DNA from: Octopus sinensis
Taxonomy: Eukaryota
Length of the DNA: 63,865 nt
Assembly: GCF_006345805.1 (NCBI RefSeq)
Contig: NW_021831841.1
Coordinates: 1 to 63,865, forward strand
Direction: 5' to 3'
Position 1 is the first letter of the stretch. Every line of letters starts with the position of its first letter. The translations under genes and the position numbers were made by a program. Shown here one piece after another: positions 52,736 to 63,865 of the stretch. The notes under the pieces were generated by a model. The model was given only the letters and a program-made list of their open reading frames with translations, was not told the DNA's origin and searched no databases.

Positions 52736-53364
52736 CATAGGTGGATTATTATTATCATAGGTGGAGAATTGGCACGAACACCAAAAAATGTTTTCGTCTA
52801 AGTATTATCTTCCTTTCAACTTCTACTTCCTTTTCTTTCTGTTAACAGTTACAACAGCGAAAGTTGATTACCTCATTTTCTCTAGACTAAAATGTATATT
52901 TTCCACGTTCATATTTGAATTTCTTGCGTTTCAATAATTTTTCTCTGATTTTACTCATTCTCGAATTTGATAGACATATAGCGGTGCGTAAACCGACTCA
53001 AGAAATCTCTAGCGAGACTTTTTACTGATATACCAGAAGGGAACCAGAACGGGTCGAAACATATGTTGTACTCAATAAAGTCTATTACACATTCCATCTC
53101 CTATTTTATGAATACTGTTACCCCAACCGCCACAACGAAGTTCTTGCAGTAAATCTACGGATAACGACAGGTAATCGAAACTGTGCCGGTACTTTACTCA
53201 TCATCACAATTTCTCCATTATATATATATATATATATATATATATGATAGCTTCAAAATATACAAAAAGTACTGAGGTCGATTTGTTCAACTAAACTCTT
53301 GAGTATGGCCGCCATCTTATGGCTAAAACAAGTAAAAAAAACACACAAACAAAGCACAGTAATA

Positions 53365-54400
53365 TAATATGTTTCTTTATTGGCCACACAAGGCTGAACA
53401 CTGAGGGGACAAAATACAAAGTAGAGCTTTTCTTTTTGGGAAGAAGAAGAGAAAAAAACGTGGGTCGAATTTCGATCAAAAGGGATCGTGGAAAACAAAG
53501 CTGTCAATAGGGACCATGTAATGCAGAAATGTCAATGTAAAAAGGGAAAACAGATTAGGTTTGTCCGTGGAAAGAAAAAAGCCCACCAAAAAGACCACGG
53601 TAACCTTGGGCAATAGTGTCATGAAAAAAGAACACACATTACAGTAAGTAACTCTCTTTTTCCTTTTTTTTCTTTTGGTTCATAGGATTATGCTCAAGCT
53701 GGCTCCGTCATTCACACGTGCCATGCTTGCTACATTCACCCATCTTGTTTTGAAACATTCACTAGACAAAACTTACCTCTCTACTCTCACTTTCCTTTTC
53801 AAGTGATACTTGAAGAAGTTGATGAGAGATTGACCAGAGGGGAAAGTGTTTGTCTCTAGACCTTTCAGACGCGTCCACCATAAACATTCTTTCGCCATAG
53901 TCACAAGTGCGATGAAAATAGCTCTTCCTTCCCGTTTCAAGGAAGAAGGCGTGACAATATTCACGATAGACTCGGTTGATAAACTAACTCGTACCACACG
54001 CGATAGCAATTGTTCGACATAGGCCCACGGGTCGGAAATGGTTGGACACTGTACGAGTGCGTGCAGGACGGTTTCGTCGCTCTAACCGCATCTCGGGTAG
54101 GTCGGCTCCGTGTTTCTCGAGCCATGCCTGTAGAGTTTATCCCGAACGGGTAGCACTGCCAAGCCAGGGATCTCTGGAAGTTGTCCATAGGTCCCGGCTC
54201 GAAAGTTGTCTTGAACAGGCGGGTCAGGTATTCTTCGTCAGGTATTCCAGGTTCGCCTCGAGATCGTCGTCGTACCTCCCCTCCACTAATCCCCTATAGA
54301 ATGCTTTGGTTGTGTTGAAGTCGCTCAAGGTCGACCGGGACGGCAGAGTTGCTTGAGAGCAACTTGACACCGGCGGTGCCATTCGCCCTTCCTCGGCCTC
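53365..54400 (-). mobile_element. Second, more degraded copy of the same Tx1/L1-like element
   Basis: Reverse complement matches 2750-3860 (shared peptides STLSDFNTTKAFYRGLVEGRYDD and WWTRLKGLETNTFP; same 3' end aataaagaaacata). Confidence 0.8.
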
Positions 54401-55193
54401 ACACCCGTAATATAATAGTAATTTCAAATTCTGGAACACGGTCAGCTTATGTGGGGAAGACGATAACATCGATCCCATTGCTCAACTGGTCCTTATTTTA
54501 TCGACTCGATTTCGGCAGTATTTGAACGTGAAAACGGAAAAAATGCCATCAAGCATTTTACTCGGCATGTGAACGTTTCTGCCATCTCACCTCTTTCTCA
54601 CACTGATATAATAATAATGTTTTTTATGCGTAGTATTCAAGAGAGCTTTATAGTTTTTTAAAACTGACTAAATGAAATGCAACCTTGAAATTGTCATGAA
54701 ATTGAAAAAAGATAGCCAAAACAATTACTCTGGCAGGTATTGTCCTAATTTACATTCCGTGCATTTTATGTGAATTCTATTTCCTGGGTTATCAAAAGAT
54801 TTCTGACCCCTATATCATATATGTATATAATAACACTGTATTATATTTTCTATTGCATCAACACTTCACCAATGAGTGACATATCTCTACGTGAAAAAAA
54901 CCCATCTACGTGGATATGTCAGAAATATTGTCATTACGCCTATGTATAGCTCAGAGAACAATGGCGTTTCGTAATGTTTTGTTCACACATCTGTTTCTAG
55001 TTTGTCGATTATATTATGCTAACTTCCTCCAGTTGGAATGTTTGATTCTTTGTATTTTTGTCATTGCAAATAACCAGACCATCAGTGATATCTCAAGGGG
55101 TTAAAGTTGAATATATTCACCGAAAATATTGCGAATGATGATACAGTTTACTATTCTTACTTCCTGTTTCACTCTCCCCTATCCTTCTCTCTT

Positions 55194-55271
<78 letters not shown>

Positions 55272-55329
55272 TATATATACATATGTTATATATACATACA
55301 TACAGATATATATATACATATATATATAC

Positions 55330-55380
<51 letters not shown>

Positions 55381-55470
55381 CATATATATACATATATATA
55401 TACATATATATATATATATACATACATATATATCTATATGTATATATATGTATATATATATATATGTATA

Positions 55471-55517
<47 letters not shown>

Positions 55518-56286
55518 TATCTGTATATATGCTTATATATATGTATTTTTTTTTCTCTAGTTTCAGCTCAGAGCTGCGGCCATGCTGATGCACCGCCGAT
55601 TATGTATATATACAAAGATACACATTAAAATATATATATTCTTATTCTTTTATTCTCTTACTTGTTTCAGTCATTTAACTGCGGCCATACTGGAACACCG
55701 TATTTAGTCGAACAGATCGACCCCACAACTTATTTTTTGTAAGCTTAGTACTTACTCTATCTGTCACTTTCGTCGAACCGATAAGTTATGAGGACGTAAA
55801 CACACCAATATCGGCTGTCAAGCGACGATGGGGGAACAAACACAGGCACACAAACATATATATATATATATAATATATATATATGTATGTATGTGTGTAT
55901 GTATGTATGTATGTATGTATATATGTATGTACGTATATATGTATGTATATATGTATGTAAGTATGTATGTATGCATGCATGTATATACGTATGCCTGTAT
56001 ATATATATATATATGTAAGTATGTATTACTCAAAATGAAACATATATATATATATATTTAGATATGAAATCCACCTGATGAATGTCATTTGAAGACAGGA
56101 AACAATTGTAGTGGCGATTTATTTACTTTATATTAAATTTTTTTAATGTATTGATTAAGTCTTTCCTTGTTTGATTTGCAAAATAGTGGTTTTGTCTCTA
56201 ATTAATATTATATAATATTTTACTATAAATTGGATTCAATCCTAAATCTGATTTTTACCTGTAAATTTGGATTTATTCCCTAATAT

Positions 56287-56327
<41 letters not shown>

Positions 56328-56330
<3 letters not shown>

Positions 56331-57539
56331 GGTGTAACAGGTAAATTGGGACCATTTAAATATCTTTAATATAATTGGTATAACTTGGAAAAATCAAACA
56401 CTGCAAGTTTTATGTTTATGCCAATTTATTGTAGACAGAGTTTAGCATTTATTTCATCATTTGCTTTTTTTACCAGTTCAATCCCTTTACAAAATGAATG
56501 CACATGCCTTAACTATTTCTTTTTTTTTCATTTTACTGAATGCTCGCTTGATTGATGCCTTCATTGAAGACGCAAAGTTGTGAGAAGTTGCGTTAGATAT
56601 TGCTTCAGCTGCGCCCCAAATCCCAAACTCACATGGTGAGCTAGAGAGCCAGATATCTTTAGGAGCAAACTTGGGCAATTCCTTCTTCAAAAATTCTTGC
56701 ACTCTTTCGAAGACTGAGCTAGCGCAGAGTCCTGTATAAATATGACTCCACTTGCTTCCTAATCCAAGGTAACAAAACTTCTAAGATTTTAAGATACTCT
56801 GATGTGTTGATTTTAAGAACCGCTTCAATAAAATGAGGAGGCATCAATTTCCCATCACTTGCAACAACTCCAAAGACCATAATGGAAACTGGATTCTTGC
56901 TATGCAGAGCTGAAGGAACTTGGGAAGGCTCATATGCTATCACTCCTAAATTTTGACAGTTTGCAACTTCGTCAACCATGAACTTTTCGTCCATGAAATT
57001 GTAGACGCCTCTACCACGATGTTTCAGATGACTAAGAACTTTGGGACTTCTTTCAGCTCGAATTGCTATGGAGCGGGTTGTTAGGATGCTGTGGTGTCTC
57101 CTCATAAACAATTTCATATGGCCGCCTTGTCTCACCGCCCTAAAAACGGTCATTTTACTGATTCCGAGCCCTTTATTTTGATGGGTTCGACTCGATCTTT
57201 TAAGTTCTGTTAAGAAGAGAAGTGTGCGTTTTCGATCACTAAAATGACAGGCTTTCTCTGTACACCCAGAATTTCCTTCAAATTGGCTACAACCCTAAAA
57301 ACTGTAGATCTGGCATACTTTGTGGCTCTAACAATCTCTCCAGCACTTTTGCCAGCACGGAATAATTTGGCTATTGCACTTCTACTGTTTAATTCTTTAT
57401 TAACATTCATAGTCTGAAATACAAAATAGTATAATTGATTATTCAAGCTGATAATATTTAAAATTTAGACTCTAACAAAATCTATACAATTAGAAATACA
57501 TACATTTGAAATTTTTCCCAATTTACCTGTTAGACCCTA
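56328..57539 (-). mobile_element. Full-length degraded Tc1/mariner, maT (DD37D)-like, about 1.2 kb
   Basis: 24-bp TIR CAGGGTGTAACAGGTAAATTGGGA with TA TSDs; frames give an HTH-like N-terminus, DEKFMVD..N.QN, VMVFGVVASDGKLMPPHF, IQDSA and WLSSSP--CEF. Confidence 0.85.
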
Positions 57540-58419
57540 TATATTCATTTTGAGCAAATGTGTACAAAGCCTGGGGAATAGATTGAGCCCCGCGCAAGGC
57601 TTTTCATCACTTAAAAAAGCCTCAAGCGTAGGCATCGTTTGGTTCCCTCTTATGTGTTGCGGACTATGACATCCGTAGCCGAAAAAGTCATGTTAAGAGA
57701 GCGCATATGGTAGCACCTGTTTCTCCTGCCAGCCAGCACAGGTGTCTAGTATGTAATAAAATGTGTAAAAGCTTGACCGGATTTAAACGTCATATAAGGA
57801 CATCACATGACATTACATGGCAACAATCATGAACCCGGAACTATGTGGTTGGTAAGCATGCTACTTACCACACAGCCACTCCTGCGCCTATTTTGGAACT
57901 ATTTGGAATCTCTTCAGAGACCACATATTCACATCTTCTGTCACGAAGAAATTATATCTATTTATTATCAGAAAATATCGTGGTTTCAATAAATACTCTA
58001 TCCTTTGATAATAAATACTCTATCAACATGGCAGCTCACATAAACTTTTGCCTTACAAGGTCTGGAAATGGAAAAAGAGGAATAGAAGGTCTGGAAATGG
58101 AAAAAGAGGAATAACTTCAACTCACGAGCCCCATTGGCTGCTGCACAGTTCCAGTCTCCAGTTTAGTCTATAAAATAGCGGCATTCAGAGTTATGGGACA
58201 CCATGTGAATATTTGTAGGGCAGGCACAGGATAGAGTGTTTATTGAAACCGCAGTATCTTGTGATAATAAATAGGTAGTTTGCTGATGTGTCACGACGAA
58301 GTACATGTGAAAAGAAATTAAACACACACAAGCACACACACATTACGATAACAAGGTAACTTCGTTAGTACAAGTTATCTTATTGTGCTCTAACCGTGTT
58401 TCCCAAGATACACCAACAC

Positions 58420-58480
<61 letters not shown>

Positions 58481-58715
58481 TCTGAGGAACTTGCACAAAG
58501 TAGATGTAGGGGTTTTTAAATCAAAGGTGGACCTCTTTCTGTCGAGATTCCCAGATGAACCTACCTCACGGCAAGAGGTGCAAATGAGGGTAGCTATATC
58601 AAACTCCATTCTTCACCAAGTGCCACATATTAGAGGATTACTCTTAGTAATAACAGTGTAGCACAAAACGGCGATGCATCAGCATGGCTGCAGCTCTGAG
58701 CTGAAACTAGAGAGA
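58481..58715 (+). mobile_element. 3' end of a CR1/L2-group LINE
   Basis: VFKSKVDLFLSRFPDEPT...AISNSILHQV C-terminal motif, then a tail ggcg.tgcatcagcatggc.gcagctctgagctgaaac; the same tail occurs at about 55555-55600 (minus). Confidence 0.55.
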
Positions 58716-58718
58716 GAA

Positions 58719-58750
<32 letters not shown>

Positions 58751-58977
58751 CACACACCCACTCACACCCACACGCATCTTCAATATGATTTTCTGACACA
58801 TTCTTTTCTTATATAAAACCAAGCGTACCAGACGTAACTGGGTGTCTATCAAATTTTTACCATAAACAAACAAGCAAATAAGGAAACAAAATAATACATT
58901 TTCAAATATAAACAATCAAAATATTAATAAAAACACGAAACAATATAAAATTTTAGATCGTCTGACACAAATATATA

Positions 58978-59018
<41 letters not shown>

Positions 59019-59037
59019 GTATGTATGTGTGTGTAAT

Positions 59038-59079
<42 letters not shown>

Positions 59080-59153
59080 ATATATATATATGTATATATA
59101 TATATAATATATATATATATATATAGATATATATATAGATATATATATATATA

Positions 59154-59190
<37 letters not shown>

Positions 59191-59959
59191 ATAAGCTAAG
59201 TGAATGGTTTATTTCTTTAAGAACTATAAAAAAAAGTACACCATTGTACTTTCTCGGTTAACGTTTGTGTGAAGTTAATCCCAAATGCATTGGAACGGTT
59301 CGTTTAAGATTATTTTGATGTTTGAAAAACCAAAAGAAAAAAACGAGAATGAAAGTAAACAAAAAAAAAGCAACAAAAAAGGATACAAAGGAAAGATAAA
59401 CAAACAACAGTATGTAATGAACGTCCATGATTGTATCTTACAATCCATTCAGAGAATTGCTTTCTTTTGGTGGAGGATGAGGTCGGAAAGATAAGCAGTT
59501 CGAACCTTGTTGGCGGTGTTGCAGTTATAACTTCCTTTTGTATCTCCGAAAATGTAACGAAGTTGTGGATTGGTAGGAAGGGCTTACTTCATCAGGCGGT
59601 AGGTCTACATTAAATTCTGTTACGTTTTAGTTGTTTCAGTTATTGGACTGCGGCCATGCTGGGATAGTGCTTTGACAGGTTTTAGTGCAACAAATCAAAT
59701 CCATTATTTATGTTTCTTTTAAAATTTGGTACTTATTCTATCGGTCTCATTTTGACGAATGCTAATTTACAGTTATGGAAACAAACATATACCAGTTGTC
59801 AAGCGTTGGTAGGTGTTGATAAAAATGACAGAAAGACACACATATACTCTCGCACATACACATACATACACACGCATACATATATATTCTTATAGACAAT
59901 AAGTCCAGTGTTCAGAGGTACTGAGTACCATGTGTCAGCCGTTAAAATACTGTGATAAT

Positions 59960-60290
59960 CATGTGACTGATGCAAAACCCAGAGTATGAACAATAGATTT
60001 TTAACTGAGTCTCAAATTGACTTTTAACTGAGTCTCAAATATGTCTTACAAAAATACCAAATTTGAAGGACGATACATTGGGAAAACACGATAGAACATT
60101 AGACTCTAACTCTCAAAGCAGGTGGCAGTGGACAGTGTGAACCACAAGGGCTATATAATTGATGTTGCGTATCCCTTTGGTTCACAAATAGTCAAGAAAG
60201 AAGGCAAAAAAAAAATAGGCATGTACAATTCTCTCAAATACGAGATAGCCCATCAATGGAAAATAAAGAAGGTGAAAATATATATATCTC
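59960..60290 (+). pseudogene. Second R4/Dong-type restriction-like endonuclease remnant
   Basis: IIDVAYPFGSQIVKKEGKKKIGMYNSLKYEIAHQWKIKKVKI matches the IIDVA.P.D....KE.EK..KY..L..EI...W pattern. Confidence 0.55.
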
Positions 60291-61094
60291 GTTCTTCTGC
60301 AACTCGAATGTCAGGTTCTACTGAAGCAATTTTACCTCTCACCTCTTTCTCGTAGACTCCGGAGTCAGTTTACTAAAAACATACATGATCAAACGTTTAT
60401 CTTTGATCATTGTCGAAAACATACTTAGACTTTATTAGGCAATTCACTTTGATAAAAACGAAAGATGTTTATGAGCCGGATACTTGAAAATTTGAAATAG
60501 CAGAAGTGTACCAAGTAGTCTAGCACAGTACAAATTATGTCATCACCTTGGAATTTCTGGAAATCATTGCAGTATGTAAAAGGAAAGCCAACATTAAACT
60601 GTTAATCTTCCAATTGTAAAGCCATTAATTTGACTCTAAAACTAATAAATCCTATCACTTTCATAATAGTTATGCTTTATTTTTTGTTGTTATTAGCAAC
60701 TACTTGGCGTCTGTTCGTGTTCTTGGTTTAAAATAAGTTGTAGTACATTTAAAGAGTAATTTGAACTATACCACTGATACTACGGTGTGATTATCAAATG
60801 AGATGAATGTATGTACGTATGCGTGTCTGTGTACGTATTGTAGGTGTATATATATCTATATTATATATAATATATATATATATATTATGTGAAATAGAAA
60901 GATGAATAATCTTGTAGTAGATTAATCAAAAGTTTAACCGATACCTTAGTAGCAAAAATCACAGCAGTAAACAGCACGGTTGGAGGTACAACCATCTGGC
61001 GTTGCAACCGTGCGTTGGTGCGGATAATTGAAATTAAAACATTATTGGTGAATTGAAGAAAGAGCTGAACGCAGATTGAACAGAAATCGTTTTA

Positions 61095-61184
61095 TTTCAT
61101 TCTACACGTGTTTCGAAAGGCACAAATTACCAAAATCCGATTGAATAATGGGACCATATTGTGTCTTTCTCTTCAGGAAGAAAA
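61095..61184 (-). ncRNA. Type I hammerhead ribozyme, left arm (mirror copy)
   Basis: Reverse complement of 62091-62180; predicted cut after 61103 on the minus strand. Confidence 0.8.
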
Positions 61185-62090
61185 AAGGAAATCCGTTGGA
61201 AACACAAAAACAGAACAGAGGCGGAGCAAAAAACAAATCGAACTGTGCTCCTAAGAGCCCATGGCGAAACTGTTTATCAGTGTATGTTGAGAACCGGTGG
61301 CTGAAGAATTCAACGGGTCAGGCATCGGTCAATCATGTGGGTGAGGGTGTATAAATGTTCTTTGTGACCGAGAATAAAGTTCTGACTATTTAAGGACTAT
61401 TGGATGTTTTATAAGGGGCGAGAAAAAATCTACTTAGAGACGTGTGTGTGTGTATACTGTTCTATATATGTGTGTGTTGGCGTAGGGGTAGAAAACATTT
61501 TTTGTGTACGTGTGTGCGTTTGATCGTTCGGCTGTCAGTGGCTACTGCCGTGATAACCGTTGGGTGGCAGAAAGAAAAAAATAAAAAAAATATATATATA
61601 TTATGTTTTATGTGTGTGTGTGTTCATCTGAGCCTGCCTTGTCAAGGAAACCCCCCGCTGTGAGAAAACCAAGCCCCGTTTGTCTTACAGGAGTAATTCC
61701 CCTTGCAGTGGTTAATCGTAGATATCTTAAAGGCTATTTCAGAATTTGTTACCAAGGGCTATGGGTGCCGGTATTATTTATAAACGCTATTTAAAGGCCA
61801 GGTAAGTGTATATAGAACAGTATACACACACACACGTCTCTAAGTAGATTTTTTATCGCCCCTTATAAAACATCCAATAGTCCTTAAATAGTCAGAACTT
61901 TATTCTCGGTCACAAAGAACATCTATACACCCTCACCCACATGATTGACCGATGCCTGACCCGTTGATTCTTCAGCCCCGGTTCTCAACATACACTGATA
62001 AACAGTTTCGCCATGGGCTCTTAGGAGCACAGTTCGATTTGTTTTTTGCTCCGCCTCTGTTCTGTTTTTGTGTTTCCAACGGATTTCCTT

Positions 62091-62180
62091 TTTTCTTCCT
62101 GAAGAGAAAGACACAATATGGTCCCATTATTCAATCGGATTTTGGTAATTTGTGCCTTTCGAAACACGTGTAGAATGAAA
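62091..62180 (+). ncRNA. Type I hammerhead ribozyme, right arm
   Basis: TTTCTTC-CTGAAGA-GAAAGACACAA...TTGTGCCTTTC-GAAA-C(ACGT)G-TA/GAATGAAA; predicted cut after 62172. Confidence 0.8.
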
Positions 62181-62289
62181 TAAAACGATTTCTGTTCAAT
62201 CTGCGTTCAGCTCCATTTCTTCAATTCACCAATAATGTTATATATATATATATATATATATGATGTGTGTGTGTGTGTGTGTGTGTGTG

Positions 62290-62535
62290 TGGAGGCACGT
62301 GGCTTAGTGATTAGGGTGTCAGCACTATGATCCTAAGATTGTGGTTTCGATTCCTGGACCAGGCGACGCGTTGTGTTCTTGACCAAAACACTTCATTTCA
62401 CGTTGCTCCAGTTGTACTCAGCTGGCAAAGATGAGTAACGCTGCGATGGACTGGCGTCCCATCCAGCTGGGGAACACATACGCCATTGAAACCGAGAAAC
62501 CGGGCCCATGAGTCTGGCTAGGCTTTAAAAAGGGC
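62290..62535 (+). mobile_element. SINE-C (head ggcacgtggcttagtg; body gcgatggactggcgtcccatccag, resembling the V-SINE domain); related copy 18838-19013(-)
   Basis: A/B boxes; domain name from memory. Confidence 0.65.
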
Positions 62536-62848
62536 GTAGTGGAGGCGCAATGGCCCCGTGGTTAGGGCAGCCGACTCGCAGTCGGAGGATCGATGCTTTG
62601 ATTCCCAGACCGGGCGTTGTGTGTTTATAGAGCGAAAACACCTAAAAGCTCCACGAGGCTCCGGCAGGGTGGTGGTGGTGGCGACTCCTGTTGTACTCTT
62701 TCGCCCCAACTTTCTCTCACTCTTTCTTCCTGTTTCTTGAATAACGCTGCGATGCACCGGCGTCCCATCCAGCTGGGGGAACACATACACCATAGAAACC
62801 GGGTCCATGAGCCTGGCTAGGCTTGAAAAGGGCGCATAAATAAATAAT

Positions 62849-62912
<64 letters not shown>

Positions 62913-63264
62913 CAATCCTTTCTGCTAAATGAATAAGGCTTGAAATTTTGAGGGAGGGAACTATTCAATTATATCGACTCCAGTCTTTCACTAGTACTTA
63001 ACGTATCGACCTCGAAAGGATGAAAGGCAAAGTTGACCTCGGCGTAATTTGAACTCCAAACATAAAGACGAACGAAACACCGCTAAGCATATTGCCCGGC
63101 GTACTATCGATTCTGCCAGCTCACTGTATGTTAATATATCTTAATAATATATACATATTCTCCGATTTAAAGAGACATTTATATATAAACAAACTGATTG
63201 AAAAATGTCATTCAAAGTCTTCTGGTTTGTTTTTAAATAATTTACACACACACACACACACACC

Positions 63265-63748
63265 ACCACACTGACGCTGTTTTAATATACATCCGGCAGA
63301 TGCTCTGGGATTCATCATCAGTGATGCTTCTAGAATTTCAGGATGTCTTGGGTCTTTCAGCATCAGACCCCCTGACCCAGTTCTACCATCCGGGTTAATC
63401 AGGTCCCAGCTTGTATCCCAATAGCAGCAAACTACTGGTCTTTCTTCTGTGATCTTTTCTGCAGCTTCACTGATGGAACTTATGGCCCTCCTCTTTGTTG
63501 TATCAGTAACTCCAATTCCGACCAGAGTTTTCAAGAATGAACGCCCTGTAAAACCACGGTAACCCACTTCATTTGCTTAACAACATGCTCGCCAGTCCTG
63601 ACTTTTGCATTGATCTACCAGCTCCTGGTATTTAGCAAGCTTCATCTCATGAGCTTCCTCTATGTGTTCCTCCAAATGCGCAGTCAGTTCCCACATGATC
63701 ACTCGTGTCAGCATCATGATCGTAAGACTGTGGTTTTCTGACACATTT
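63265..63748 (-). pseudogene. 3' end of a Hero-like (RLE-type) non-LTR retrotransposon
   Basis: WELTAHLEEHIEEAHEMKLAKYQELVDQC...W...EVGYRGFTGRS...AISSISEAAE; one stop. Confidence 0.75.
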
Positions 63749-63865
63749 TCTGATGAAAGACAAAGTCGACGTCGGCGGAATTTGAACTCGGAACGTGGCG
63801 GCAGACGAAATACCTATTTCTTTACTACCCACAAGGGGCTAAACACAGAGAAGACAAACAATTAC

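Larger units (their letters stand above)
61038..62239. mobile_element. Fold-back element: 431-bp inverted arms (61038-61468 / 61809-62239) around a 340-bp spacer; Penelope-like terminal repeats
   Basis: Arms differ only by a few substitutions and small indels; each carries a hammerhead followed by AATAAA. Confidence 0.9.

Overview
Eukaryotic, AT-rich DNA saturated with microsatellites and transposons. The four tRNA-derived SINE families point to a coleoid cephalopod, probably Octopus (inference from recalled families; no search was run). The only convincing host coding sequence is a first coding exon (5160-5457, minus) of a secreted VWA7-like protein, whose remaining exons lie left of the window. 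The rest is about 40 SINE copies or fragments, 3' remnants of non-LTR retrotransposons (Tx1/L1-like x2, RTE-like, CR1/L2-like, R4/Dong-like x2, Hero-like), Tc1/mariner elements, and Merlin-like MITEs carrying TTAGGG arrays. The most striking signal lies outside the ORF track: about ten hammerhead-ribozyme or hammerhead-like folds (minimal type I, palindromic stem III) from at least five unrelated repeat families. Many sit in inverted pairs or fold-backs, the best being a 431-bp near-perfect inverted repeat with a ribozyme in each arm (61038-62239). Other highlights are TTAGGG addition at a mariner breakpoint and a covarying 3' stem-loop shared by a LINE and the commonest SINE. There is no CRISPR array, rRNA or true tRNA gene, and almost all listed ORFs are microsatellite artefacts. 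Coordinates were read by eye; SINE boundaries are approximate.
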